The notes beneath the pieces are model-generated. The model was not told the origin of the DNA. It saw only the letters and a list, made by a program, of their open reading frames with translations, and made no database searches. Of a stretch of 64,000 nt of DNA, positions 43,336-59,435 are shown in pieces. This DNA comes from the human T2T-CHM13v2.0 reference genome, Homo sapiens. The position numbers were made by a program, and so were the translations under genes. The stretch's first letter is position 1. Every line of letters starts with the position of its first letter. Where the stretch lies: the NCBI RefSeq assembly GCF_009914755.1, contig NC_060947.1; one strand, 5' to 3'.

Positions 43336-44851
43336 TGAGTCTAGAGAAAGTGTGTATTATGTACTGGCTACCACCAGTGCAGCCAGGATGTCAGCTGCAG
43401 TGACTGTGGGGACCCTGGACTGGATGCCCTCAATGATGCAGACATTAGAACATCCTGTCTGATTCCACACCCACTCTGAGGGGCAGTGAACGGGGAACCC
43501 CAATGCAGTGCCAAGCTGTAGGTTAAGAGTATTCAGTACTTCAGCATCCTGAGTTGCTAAGGATCCTGCAGGATCAGGTTTTGTATTTCCATGGGCTTTT
43601 CACTTCTTTGATGTTTGGGCAAATAGGGAATTCTACTCAATTACATTTCTTTTTGTGCCCTATGGGATTTTATTAATGCTCGTTTAAAAAGATACACTCA
43701 AGAGGCTCTTTTTGAAGTGGTATCTGTTCCTTCAGTAGAGGAAGCTGATGACTCTGTTGTTGACTTGAGGTTCTAAGGTGCTCACCAGATTCCATTTCCT
43801 GACCTGCTGGATGTCTCTGTGTGGATACGATCTCTCCCTCCACTTGTGTAGGTTGCCTTCGAGGCCAAAAGTGGGCCTGCCTGTTTTCGTGAAAGGGCTG
43901 GAGATGCCAGTGGGTCTTCCTGGGGCCTGTCAGCTCATCAGGGAAAAAGCCAACTCTGAACGGAATCTAGGAGTTGATCCAAGTGTTTTATCAACTTGCT
44001 GCTGTCCCTAGGGCTCCCACCAAGCTCTCTCAATCTGCCATTTAACCCGAACTACCAGGTACAACAAGGAAAACCCTGCTAGAGTGGACTCAGATGAATT
44101 CTTTCTGGCCACAGGATAAAGTCCAATGCAGTGATTTTGTTGGCTTGACCATGATCTAACAGATGGCTTCTACAGCCATGCCAGAGGGCCTGGGCCCATG
44201 TTGGGAGCTGCTGGTGGCAGTTTCCATAGCACACGTTGGCTGTGTAGCCACACGGGTCTCACTGCCCAGATCTCCCTCAGTGCCAGTCATCTAAAGCAGG
44301 AGGCGTCTCCTTTTTCTGATACTGTGAACAGAATAACATCTGGACTTAATTCCCACTTCTTTCTTCATGGGTAATGACTTGAAGTGAAAGGAACCGATAT
44401 CCAATGAGCTGGTGTTTTCTGTGCATTGTTGTGATCACAGTGTTGTCAAGCACGTGCTGTTTTCTTTATTGTTCACATGAGAAACTGAATATCAGGGAGG
44501 CTAAATTATTTCTTCAGGATTACATACCCAGCAGATGGTAGAAGTTGGATTTAAGCCCAGATCTGTTTGTGTTGGTGGCCTTCAGTGCTCTGTACGGTTT
44601 CCTAGACATGGAAGAGGCCACTCAGAACAGCTGATGGTGTTTGTGGAACCCCTCCCCCATCCAACTTTCAGGTTATCTGAAAATAAAGACTAGTTATAAA
44701 TTGACAAGTTGTCGGGAAATTTTGCAGCAATAAAGGGGGCAAGTGGAAGGCAGAGCACTTTCTAGATCTTGACTTTTCCATGGCCCATGTAAGATCACTA
44801 AACTGTTCATTTATTTTTCGACAGTTAGCACCTGCTGTTGATATATACTAA

Positions 44852-45182
<331 letters not shown>

Positions 45183-45872
45183 GGGAACACGTTTTATTCC
45201 TAATGGTTGCTTGTTGGGAAAGATGAGGCAATAATGTGTGAACAGAGGAATTAACTGGAACAGCCATTTCTAATGTGGGAGCAGAAGGTAGGGAGGAGAA
45301 GTGCATCTCACCTATACCCCTCACACATTTCCCTCGAGCTATGGAAATCACCAGAAGAAAACTTCATGCATTGGAGAGGAAAGATTTTGTGTCAGTATTG
45401 GGCCATCTGGTATCTAAGAACATCCGTGCCTTGACCTGAAAGCAAATTCAGATATTTGGCTGGATGCTTTGCACACTTGTCTGCATGAGAGTAGGAACCC
45501 AACCCTGCTTGATTTCAATGAGCTTCTGTGCTAGCTGCCTGGTGATGCCCAGGCCTCATTTATGCTTCGTAGAACACTGGGGTGAAACTGCTCAACAATG
45601 GACTCATTCTCTCTGAGACACACCTGCTACTTTTTCTACAGCTCCATTTTGTAGAGTTTTCTTCTACTTTCTTTATTGCAACATGTTCTTCTATTTGCCT
45701 GCCTTTTAACACTGAATACGTTCATTATCTCAGACACATTTTTTCCTGGAGTTATTCCTTTATTCTTCCTGAGAAACTCTAGCCCCAGGCACATTCAGAT
45801 GAACTATATATGACCATTTGCAGGATCTTTTGGAAGAAATTCTTGCATGGGGTAGGATAATAGTCTAAACCT

Positions 45873-46088
45873 CAGGTCTGCAAACTATGTCAAGCCTGTG
45901 GGCTGGATCCTATCCACTGTGGGTGTTTGTAAATAAAGTTTTATTGGAACACAGCCATGTCCATTTAGTAACCTATTGTCTGTAGCAGCTACAGTGGCAG
46001 AATTGAGTATTTGAGACAGATTGTATGGCCCACAAAGTCAAAAATATTTAGGGTCTGGCCCATTAGAGAAAAAGTTTGCTAATTCCTG
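45873..46088 (-). mobile_element. MER58A
   Basis: tgtaaataaagttttattggaacacagcca ... tggcccacaaag..aaaatattta..tctggccc. Confidence 0.82.
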
Positions 46089-46097
46089 GTCTATACC

Positions 46098-46250
46098 CAT
46101 AGTTCTCAGACCTGGCTGCAAGCTAGAATCTTTAAAAACTTGCTGCTTGGACCTCACCCCAAGAGATTTTGATAGAACTGGCCTTGGGTGGGACCAGGCT
46201 TTTTTTTTTAAGCTTCCCAGGTGATCCCCAGGGTTGAAATCCACTGGGCT
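46098..46250. mobile_element. MER5A-like
   Basis: agttctcagacctggctgca ... ttttaagcttcccaggtgatc ... gttgaaatccactg. Confidence 0.7.
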
Positions 46251-46513
46251 AGACAGAGTGTGAATGGCCCTTGTAGCAGCAGGAATATGACTTTGTTTAT
46301 TATCCTAGTTCCTAGGAGTTACTCAAAGTCTACATTGAAAGTCTTTCTGGGTGGCTAGGAAAGAGGCAGCGTTATCTCTGGTGAGAAAGTGCTGATCCAC
46401 CCTGAGTTCTTGGATTAGGTGGTGGTGAAGCTTGACCTTATCAGCCATCAGCCTTGCCAGCATTCCTTCTGAGGCTCCAAGCCTGTCTCACAATGACTCT
46501 TCCATTGGTGCTC

Positions 46514-46841
46514 TGTTTTTTTTTTTTTGTTTTTTTGTTTTTTTGTTGTTGTTGTTGTTGAGACAGGATCTTGCTCTGTTGCCCAGGCTGGAGTGTGGTA
46601 GTGTGATCTTGGCTCACTGCAGCCTCAACCTCCCGGGCTCAGGCGATTCTCCTACCTCAGCCTCTTGAGTAGCTGAAACTCCAGATGTGCGCCACCATAC
46701 CTAGCTAATTTTGGTACTTTTTGTAGAGATGGGGTTTTGCCATGTTGCCCAGGCTGGTCTCAGACTCCTGGACTCAAGAGATCTGCCCGCCTCTACCTCC
46801 CAAAGTGCTGGGATTACAGATATGAGCCACCGCACCCGGCC
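46514..46841 (-). mobile_element. Alu (AluJ-like)
   Basis: Dimer; TSD cattgg(t/g)gctct. Confidence 0.92.
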
Positions 46842-48113
46842 TCATTGGGGCTCTCGCTGTTGAAGGATTTCTCATTTGCTGTCTTTGGTTAGGAACAGGG
46901 CTACAGGCAATCCATTCCAATTCAACCTTTTGTTTTCCTTCACACACGCATGTTGGAGCAGGCAGGAGAAAAAAGGATCATGGAGCATTTTTCCCATGTA
47001 TTAGTCAGCAAGCCAGATTTTGGAGGTTGCAGCAAAGCACATGTGTTTCCTGAGAAATAATCCCCTAGTCTGTCCTGGAGGGAGAATTCCTGGTTAGGAT
47101 TTGGTGGCTTCTTGGGTTACTTCTGTAGATCACCCCCAGGTGGCCTTACTTGATTGTTTTTGGTCTTTTGCTTATATTGCCTTAAAAAAAACCCATCCTG
47201 CCCGCTTTGTTGGCCTTGCGTATTTCTCCATGTGCCTCTCTGGTAGATAGTACCTGTCAACCTGGAACCTGTCAGGGCTTGTCGGCCTTTTGCCCAGAGT
47301 CATTCTTGGCTCCCTTGAGCAACTCCTGACAGTGCTGATCCCTGGAGGCCTACACCTGGTCCTAAGGAGCAACCTGCTCCAGAGGATGTCTTTGAAGAAG
47401 GACTGCTGGTCTTTTAAAGCATGTCTTGTCTCTGGGGTGACCTTAGGTACCCATAGCTCAGAAGACGCCTGTACATAAGAGAGACAAAGACAAACAGACT
47501 CATGGACACACACATTTCCCCTTTCAGTAATCTGTCAAACTGAAATCCAGAGTTAAGTACTGGGGTTTGCAGCATTTTGAGTCCTAAATACACAGGTCAA
47601 GTTCACCTGTTGGGTGGTGGGCACTGGGGAGCTGGAGGACCGTTTCTTCTTCTGGGAAAGCTAGCCCAATTAAAGGATCTTTGGCAGCTGACCCACCGGA
47701 GCCCAGATTCTAGACATGAAGCCCTCTATGAATGATGGCATAATGTATTATAGATCAAGTCACTACAGACTCAGTCTTTTAATCTATAAAATGGGCAAGG
47801 ACACATAAGTATCATTTCACCTTCACAAAGATTTTATGAGAATAGATTAAATAAATGTGAAAGGCACCCTGTAATAGCAAGGTATAATAATTTACATTGC
47901 TGTGGTCCAGCTAGGCTATAACCTTGTTATTATATTATCTGAGGCAATGTTGTATGCCTGAGCAGACTCCATATGCTATTTAATAGCTCTGCCCACTTAA
48001 CTCTTCAAGAGAGAAGAAAGCTTCAGAGGTGAAAGTCTGGTCTTTAGCATAAACCTCGAGATTGGAGACATGTCTTAATAGAGGAAGATACTCCGTTTAT
48101 AAATGTTGTGGAA

Positions 48114-48475
<362 letters not shown>

Positions 48476-48946
48476 CTAGTAGTCTTATTGGCAGATCTGA
48501 GGAACTGAGAATTTTATTTATAAATTTAATTACATTATTAAAAGTTATGCCAGTGTTCACAACCATCCTTAGTATTTGAAGATAAAATGTATTCACTGTG
48601 TTAGTTACTTGAGTAGACTTTTCCCTTATCCCAGTCCTGGAATTTTATAATTTTATAGAGACCATAGCAAAAGTAACATGAATGGGATCCACATAATTAA
48701 AAGGTATTCTGTCACTTATGATGGTTTCAGCTGCAGCAGAGAAGAATAATTCTCATGGGCCTAGACAATAAGAAAATTCATTGTCACATAGCGGAGTCCT
48801 CTGGAGGTGGGGTGGGATTCCCCATAGGTGGATTCAGTGACTCAGTGGAGTCATTGGTTTGTCAGTTTCCCCCTCTAGGAGTGGATACATGCTGAGTCTC
48901 TTGGGGAGAGGTAGCTACCCAACACTTCCGGGGTTCTGGTACTTAG

Positions 48947-49373
<427 letters not shown>

Positions 49374-51333
49374 GGTACTAATGTTTAGCATTGCAGTGAA
49401 CTTTGTTGAACTTTGGTGGTAGGCTTACTTTCTACCCTTAATGGGAAAGATCCCAGGTGATAACTCTTGGGCTTGTGTTCCTCCCACTGCAAGTTGACAA
49501 GTTGACACATGTGTTGTAGTGTTGTAAGCCAGGATTCAGCAAGCCCTAACCTCATAGCCTCATTTGCATATTATCTCTATCCCAAGTGAAAGAAGGCCTT
49601 TAAGCTCAGATCTGGGAAACTTAAAGTCCCAGGAGTTTAATATGGAGATGTTTTCTATAAGTTATTTCTGCCTTTTAAGGACATTGTTGGAGATGTTGCT
49701 TTCATTACTGATTTTAAATGAAACCAAAGAGTCAGGCAAGATGGAAGATGTAGGATTTGGAAATAGGCAGTCTTGTCTAAGAAAGAATTGTTTGTAAAAT
49801 ATTTTACTCCATGTCTTTGAGAGATCATGAGTCTAAGTATAAGAAAATTGGAGATAAAGTTGGCAAACATTTAGCTCTTCCAGTTGTTTATTTCCAGTAG
49901 ATTCTGTTGTTTGAAATTCTGACTGAATGGGACTTAAATAGTAGATTTTCCATAGAACTGTTATTAAAATAGGAGATCCAACTGCTCAAGTGAACTTTGG
50001 ATGTGGTTCTAATTGAGGTTTGAAGTAATTGTGCTGTTGAAGCTACTCAATGGTGTTGAGCCATCCTCTGCAGTACATAGTCCACAAATGATTTTGAATT
50101 GGTTTCTCATTGTTGGCACCTGAGTTATCTGAATGACAGCCAGCCTTTGATTCTCAGATCAAAGGCGTTAAAGAAAGGACTCCGTCCCTGCAGATGTGTC
50201 TTCTGAGCAGGTGATGTTAATGACAATAGCTGGGAGGCAGAGGGCACCAGAGTGGGGTGGTTCACAGATGAAGACAGACCAGCATTCCACTAGCTAAGCA
50301 GAAGAAGGGAAGCCATGCAGCAGTGGTATAGAGCCCATGCCTTCAGAAACCTAAAGAAAGGAGGCAGAAGCATCAAGAAAAAGCACCGCAGAGCGGTGGA
50401 TGGGGTGGTAGAAATTAGGAATAGCCACTCGCTGCTCCAGCTTCCGTAACACTGGAAAAAGCTTGCAGCTCTCTGTGTGCACAGAAATTTGCTGACTGTG
50501 CCTAGCGTGTAAACAGCTCTGTGGCTCTTACTCATCCCTAGGTATTGGTTACTCACGATAATGATGCCATGTCTGTAAAAAGACTTTAAATCATATACAC
50601 TGCACTGTTTAGGAAAGCATTGAGGTATGTGATGTCTTTTAGCTAAACATTCATCAAAACAAATTATTAGAGTAAAAGCACGAGTGCCTCACTTCAGTTT
50701 CTGGGACAAACAACTTGGGGGCCCATCTTTTTTCTCAAGCCTGCCAGATCCTGACGTATTACTAGAAATCTTTTTTATTTTACAAATTTCTAATGTTTTT
50801 TTCCTTTCTTGTGTCAAAAATTGTTCATCCGGAGAATATAAGTGTGAAGAAAATAAAAATAAAATCATTTTTAATGCAGCCATTGAGAATAACTGCAGTT
50901 AACTTTTTGGTTCTATCTTTCCAGTGACGTCTGTGTGTGTGTGTTTTAAAAGAAAGTAAAAGTAGGTTCATACTGCAAGTACTATTCACGTATTAAGTAC
51001 AGTTTCCTATGTCATAATCACACCTCTTCCCCCTCACCCCGTACCCCCGCTGTGTCTATATGGTGTTTAACTGTAGTAGTTTTATAGTAGAACTAAACAG
51101 AGTTTTGATTGACCTACAGCCATGTATTTTATTATATGGGATCCTATAGAAAGTCCTGATGCAAATATCAAACATCAGGAAGATTTGAGGATGTTAAATG
51201 TCAATTCTTTAGGAGCCAGTGACCACTTGTAAATCAGAGATTTAGAGTCCTTTAATGCAGTAAATCAGAAGTTCCTTGTGTGTATGTATTTTGAAGGATC
51301 CATTATAAAATAAAATATTTTCTTTCTATTTAG

Positions 51334-51410
51334 CATTCTCTGGATATTCAACAAATACAAAGTATGACCCACACCAAATTAAAGCAGAAATAGCAAGTCG
51401 TCGGGATAGG
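51334..51410 (+). CDS. WWC3: WWC3 coding exon ('exon 4', 77 nt): (S)FSGYSTNTKYDPHQIKAEIASRRDR
   Basis: Acceptor ttttctttctatttag|CA and donor AGG|gtgagt. Contains the KYDP..KAEIA motif conserved in KIBRA. Phases 1/0. Confidence 0.95.
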
Positions 51411-51740
51411 GTGAGTAAAACCGCTGTTTTTACAACCAGGTGGACGGAAGCCTGGGGCCTTATAGCCTAGGCCGCTGGTGTTCTACTCTGGTTGACTCCT
51501 CCTGGAGGGATCGCTAGCAGTGTTAGACTGGAAGAGTTCTGAGGGTTCTGATGCTCTTCCCTGGTGACCCCTGAATTATCTATGTGCTACCATGTTTCGT
51601 CTCTTCAGACCCTTGTCTTGGTTGTCTGGGAAGGGAAACACTTTTGTTGCATTTGGGACAAAGCACAAGAAACATCTTGGCAATGAAGCCTGCTCCTCTC
51701 TTGGTGTGTCATTCCCTGAATCAGGGTGTATCTTTTAGTG

Positions 51741-51920
51741 CAGTGGTTCTCAAATTTTAGCACAGCTAAGAAAAATACCTGGGAGCTTGTTCCAAGTGCG
51801 AGCTTCCAGGCCTAGCCCCTGAGTTTTGACGTGGGCCTGGAGCGGGTCCCAGAATCTGTTTAAAGAAGCACTCCAGGAGCCATTGAGTTTCAGGTAGTCA
51901 GAGAGCTCGCTTCTGGACAC
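51741..51920. mobile_element. MER5-family hAT element
   Basis: cagtggttctcaaatttt ... cctgggagcttgtt ... cccagaatctg. Confidence 0.65.
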
Positions 51921-52259
51921 AAAGTTTCATGTGCGGGGTCTGAGAGGAGTGGGTAGAAGGAAAGATGAAGAATGCGTTACAGAAGTTGCCAGCTGTAATG
52001 TGGAAACCTTGAAAATGCAAATAGTTGCTGGTTCCCCACTTGCGTAAGAGTCTGTCAACAATCTGGGATTTTTGTATCTAAGCACAGCAGGTCTTCTAGA
52101 AAGGCTGCTTCTTATGCATGTGAATGGAAGTTTGTAGTGAGAATAGATGATCTTATGAACTGCAAGCTGAGTAGAAACTCAGATGACAGTGCTAATAACA
52201 ACTGTAGAAATCATTCTTCACAGCTGGTTTTTGGGAAAAAAAATGTGATTTGTCTTTAG

Positions 52260-52339
52260 CTTTCCAGATTAAAACGAGAGCTGACCCAGATGAAGCAGGA
52301 ACTGCAGTACAAAGAAAAGGGGGTGGAGACCCTGCAAGA
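52260..52339 (+). CDS. WWC3: WWC3 coding exon ('exon 5', 80 nt): LSRLKRELTQMKQELQYKEKGVETLQ(E)
   Basis: Acceptor tgtctttag|CTT and donor GA|gtgagt. Coiled coil homologous to KIBRA (KLKREM..ELQFKERG.QTL). Phases 0/2. Confidence 0.95.
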
Positions 52340-52522
52340 GTGAGTTGCCTGGACACTTGTCCCAAAGCTTCATGCCCTTCACTTTCATGCCTTTATTTAT
52401 GCTCATGATTTTCCAATGCTAACTTCAGAATCTCTCTTTTCCTTGAAGATATTTCGTTGCTTTAAATGGAAATACTTGGGAAACAAGACCTTTATTTTTA
52501 TGTTTATGCACGTTTACTATAG

Positions 52523-53359
<837 letters not shown>

Positions 53360-53618
53360 GTCTGTAGGTCTTCCTCCTGTTCTCATTTTTACAATAAGAA
53401 CGTTATCCCTACTAAGAGATTGGGGATGAATTGTTTACAATTAGTGAGCTGTATCGAGTCTGCAGGTTTCATGAACTAAAGGTGGTGTTTGAGAAATGGT
53501 GCTGGTGTGGGTCTGAAGGTTTGCTGAGCCGTTCTCTCCATTCACTGGCTTTCCTTGCTGAACTTGCGCATGTGCCGCACGCCTTCTGCACCTACTTTTC
53601 TCATCTGCAAATGGTGAT

Positions 53619-53965
53619 TGTTTTAGGCAGCTCGGGCTGCTATGACAAATACCATAGACTGGGTGACTTGAATAGCAGATATTTGTTTCTCACAGTTCTG
53701 GAGGCTGGAGGTCCAATATTTGGTTCCTGGTGAGGGCCCGATTCCTGATATGCAGATGACCATCTTGTCGCAGTTTCCTCTCATGGCTAAGAGAGCAAAA
53801 ACTCTGTTCTCTCTTCCTTTTCCTAATCCCATCATGGGGTCCCACCCTGTGACCTCATCTAACCCTAATCACCTCCCAAAGGCCCCACCTTCAAATGCCA
53901 TCACATTAGAGGGTAAGGCTGCAACATAAGAATTTGGAGGACACACAAACACACAGTCCATAACA
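53619..53965 (-). mobile_element. MLT1A-type solo LTR
   Basis: gggctgctatgacaaataccatagactgggtg, tctcacagttctggaggctgg, taatcacctcccaaaggccccacct, cagtccataaca. Confidence 0.88.
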
Positions 53966-54285
53966 GCAATCACTGTGCTCAGTTATACTGAGGACAGCAC
54001 CAGCACCTGGTACATGCCCAGCCCGAAACAATTAGTCCAACTCTGTGTGGTTACTGTTACTGACGCAGGTGGGCACCATGTTGCCGTCTTTCATCCTGCA
54101 TGCAGATGCATGAGGTGACACACGTGACTGCAGCACTGCTCTTTATGGGGAGGTAATAAAGGAATGTGAGGTACAGATGTAATTATCTACCATTACCCAG
54201 CTATGTGTTTGTGTGCATTTTGGATCTACAGTCAGAGCTTCCTTTTATTAACCCTAGTTAGTATTAGCACAGCTTCTTCTTTAGC

Positions 54286-54586
<301 letters not shown>

Positions 54587-54969
54587 TCTTCTTTAGTTTT
54601 GTCTTAAGCAAATCAAGCTTCTTTTCCAACTAACCGGCTGCTGGTTTTGTCATTCATGCGGTGCATAGGCCAGAGTGCTTTCCAAATGCACCGACGTGTG
54701 TTTTGTCCTTTTAGCCCCCCACTCCAGCCAGCCTCCAGATACTCCAACACCTCCTCAGATGCGACTGTGTGTGCTGTGGCAGTGTCATCCTGTGTCACTT
54801 TGGCTAAGGTGGTGGATAAAGAATAAGCAGAAACAAATCATTTGATTTGTGACAGGTCACCAAAAGTTATTAGGACTACCTAGTTGGATTTGAGGTGAAT
54901 TTTCTACCTTCATTAGGCCACACTGTAGCTGTCTCTCATTGTGATACAGTGTCTCTGGACAATATGTAG

Positions 54970-55289
<320 letters not shown>

Positions 55290-56804
55290 TAATGTTAGTC
55301 ATTGTGTGTGCCGGAGGTTGCAGTTAATGTCATTCTCATTTGCAGCTCTGAGGAAGGTGACTGGGGTTCAGGAAGAGTCTGAGTTTGCTCAGGATCCCTG
55401 AGCATCAGCAGGGAGCCACGTCTGGCACTTCCCTCATGGCCATGGTTTCTGTAGTGGGTTGCTGGGCTCAGCGCCCGTTGCTTTGCCTTGGCTCCATCGT
55501 TCTGGTGAACTCCATTTCCTTATTTGAAGACAAAGGCCATATAGCAGTGTCAGCTGTAGATGGACTGATTTAGAAACTGAAACGTACTGCTGACTGAGAA
55601 AACCCCCTTCTCCTTAGCATGGCTAGGATGTGAATTCATCTTTTGTAGTTGCAGTGGTTTCAAGAATAGGAAAAGGCAGCCTCTGTTTCCCTAGGGGCAT
55701 TAGACAGAGAAGCAGGAGCCAGAATAACGAGAATTTTAACTTAACACCTGCGGCCAAAACGGAGCGCAAGTTGTGCTCCTGGAAGAGAGGCGGGCCAGTG
55801 CTGTTTGGATTGTCTTTCTGCTTTCATTATCAAGATCCCACGCTTGGGAACAGCAATTGTAAACTTGCCACTTGCCAAGGGGAGGCTCCTCCTGTCTGCC
55901 TGAGCTCATGAGAATACCCGCCCTCCCCCTGGAGGCCAAGGAGTGGCCTGGGGAAGGCTCTGGACCTGGCCTTGGTCCTGAGGGGCCCACCCCACCTCAT
56001 GCCTGACCAGGGGCAAGTTAGCTTTCAGGAGGGAGCTGCCCAGAGCTGTTGTTTAATGGGCACGTTGCCTTGGCTCTGTCTGACGCTGCGTTGTTACTGT
56101 GCATGTTTACTTTATTCTGGGACAGACACAGCCTCACAGGAAGAAGAGAAAACCCAGGCACCCGTGCCACTCTTAAAATATTTTTGTAAGTGGAAGATAA
56201 TCTGGTAGCCTTTCTCTGAGTTCCACAGCTTATGAGATGAAAACAGCCTCATTATTTTTCTGGTATTGAACATTGGGTGTTTAGGTTTGGATTGAATCAT
56301 GCAAATGTATATTTTTTTAATTGAGAAATTTTAGAAGGCCTTTTCAAGCATTGAAAATGTGATTACCCCATCTCTACTGGGAAATCCTGACTATACGTAC
56401 AGATAGCAGGTGAGCTGTTATACCTAAACATGAAGCATCTCTGATTTTATCACCAACATTGCTTAAGGCAGTGGCCTGAGATTTTCCTCCAGAAAATTTC
56501 CTGCTGTTCTTGCTTCCCAGAATATCCAGTGTATTCTTTTCCAGAGCACCTCACTAGGAGTTTGGCTGCTTATAACATTTTAAGCTTGCCTTGTTTATCT
56601 TGGTGAATTTCCTGGCTAGCAAGGAAATTCATCATTACACTTGGGTCCAAGTAAGGAAAAAAGAACCTTTTGTATTTTACTTTAAATCTATATATGTTGT
56701 TGATTGTTGTAGAGAGGAATTGGCCACAGATATGTTCGCTGGGTTAATGATAGAATATGTACACAGATGTGTGTTTTATGTGTATCTATGTGAAGTGTAC
56801 ACAT

Positions 56805-57653
56805 GTAAGCTTTTAATGATGGAAAATATCAAACACAAAAGCAGAGAGAATAGTATACTGAAACCTTCCTGTACCCCTCACCCCATTTAACCTGCACAAT
56901 TGCCAATCTTGTTTCGGTGGTGACCCCACCCCATCTGCTAAGCTCTCACGGCCTTATTGAAGCAAATGCCAGAATCCCATTTAATCCATAAATATGTCTC
57001 CTAAAGTTATGGACTCCTTTTGAAAATAACTCTAATCCCTGTACCCCATTTACTAGGCATCTTGTGTCCAGTGAGCTCTTGCATTTCTTCAGGTGTTTGG
57101 GTCCAGTTTGGGCCACAGAGTGCCTTTGGTTGATGTGTCTCTTACGTCTTTTCTTTTCTACTCTCCCTCCTTTTTTTCCCCTGACAGCTTATTTGTTGGA
57201 GAAAGTAATTTGGTTGTCCTATAGAATTTCCCTAATGTTGGGTTTTGCTGCTGAAATTCACATGATGTCATTGAACGTGTTCCTCTGTCTCTTGTTATTT
57301 ATGCAAATGGGCGTAATAGTTTGAGAGGCTTGATCTGATTCAAGTTGGATTTCTTTTCTTTTTTTAGTAAGAATGTTTTTAGGTGGTGGTGTTACTTCCA
57401 TCAGGAGGCACCACTCTGTGCTTGTTTCTTTTTGCGGTGTGAAGATGATCAGTAGGTTCTGGCCTTGTTAGCCCAATGCTTTGATTTATATTAATAACAT
57501 TTCTTGTCAGCTTTTTACCTAAGTTATGGATGTGTATCTTCCAGGATAAGTTCCTGAAAGCGGGCTTGGTAGGTTAAAGGGTGAATGTATTTGTTGTATT
57601 ATAGGTTGTATTTCTTATCTGAAATGCTTAGGACCAGAAGTGTTTTGAATTTC

Positions 57654-57689
<36 letters not shown>

Positions 57690-58050
57690 TTTTGTTTTGG
57701 AATATTTGCATTATACTTACTGGTTCAATATCCCTCATCCAAAAATCTGAAACCTGAAATGCTTCACTGGTCATTTTCTTTGGGTGTCATGTCAATGCTT
57801 AAAAAGTTTCAGATTTTGAAGCACTTTGGATTTCAGATTTTCAGATTAGGGATACTCAGCTTGTATTAGATATGGCCAAATTCCTTTGCTGAGGGGTTGC
57901 ACCATTTTGCCTTCCTACCACTAACATATGAGTGTTCTCGTTTCCTGTGACTTTGCCAACAGGATGTGTTGATAAGCATTTGCATTTTTGCCAGTCTCAT
58001 AGGTGAGAGATAGTATCTCAGTGTAGTTTCAATTTGCATTTTTCTTGAGG
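56805..58050 (-). mobile_element. Old L1M fragments (L1MC/ME-like)
   Basis: tggaaaatatcaaaca..agagagaatagtata, tagaggcttgatctgattcaag-like, ttgcaccattttgccttcctacca, tatctcagtgtagtttcaatttgcattt. Confidence 0.65.
57603..57863 (+). mobile_element. Tigger4a (MER46A/Zombi) with an internal poly-T expansion
   Basis: cttatctgaaatgcttaggaccagaagtgtttt ... tggaatatttgcattatacttac ... gattagggatactcagcttg|TA. Confidence 0.87.
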
Positions 58051-58344
58051 CCTTTTATAAAAGTCTTCAGAAAATAGGAGCACCATTTACAATGACTAAT
58101 TAAAGTTTAGAGAAAAATTGAGCTTTTCCAGTGAAAGGTCCCCTGGACTCTGTTGCCCTAAAGTTTCTGAAACGTTTTGGAAAAATTACCTTACTGTAAC
58201 TTACTACTAGTGTCCAGAGGCAAAGGGAAGACTCAGGACCAGGACACGTGCAATGTTTCCCAACTGGGTGATGTGCGTGAACGGACCAAGTGCACCAACA
58301 GATGTGGGCAAATTCCCCTCTCCAGCTCCTGCCTGGAGCTCTAG

Positions 58345-58670
<326 letters not shown>

Positions 58671-58869
58671 CCTTATGTTAGATTCTGAGTGGTCCTGCAG
58701 CTGGGAAGCTCATTTAACATTGCCCTTCCCTGAGTTTCCTGCTCGTGTTATTAGAGCCTTTTCCTGCCATGATACCTATAATGTCCCTGAGCACTGGCTT
58801 GATGGCAGAAGATGCTTTTGGGTAACACTGCCTGGCCACCTTGTCCATGGTGTGCTGTTTCTACACCCG

Positions 58870-59435
58870 GCCTCTGATCCTTCTCACAGCTTCCACCACC
58901 ACGGCTCTGGGCCAAGCACTAATGTGAGTCTCCATCCTCACACAGTAGCCATGGGGTTCTTCCACAGCTAGTGCTCTCCTTGTGGTCCTTCTGTGGCTCT
59001 CTCTCACCTACAACACAAGCCAGACTCTACATAGGCTGGCCCCCGGCCCTGCCTCATTTACCTCTAGTTTCACCTTTGAAAGGGATGTCCTGCCTTTACC
59101 GTGGGTACTTGGAGCTCCCTCTGCTTGGAATGCTCTTTCCCCCAGATTCTCACATGCCTGCTCCCCCACTTCCGTGGGCCTTTGCTTAGTGACATCTCGA
59201 GAGATCCTGGCTTAACCATCCATCTAAAAATGTACTCTGTCACACTCTATCCCCAAACTGCTTCATTTTTTTTTGAAAACATTTGTGACTGCCTGACCTA
59301 AGGATGTACTTTTCATTGTCTGTCTCCTTGGCTCGAATCGTGCTGCACGAAGACAAGGACTTGGCTTTGTTCGCCGCTTCATCCTGAGGACCCAGCCAGT
59401 TCTCAGCACAGGGTGGGGCTTGGGAGTGAATGCAG
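58870..59435 (+). mobile_element. L2 3' region
   Basis: ctctgcttggaatgctctttccccagat, ttcattgtctgtctcc, ggacttggctttgttc..cagcacagggtggggct. Confidence 0.7.
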
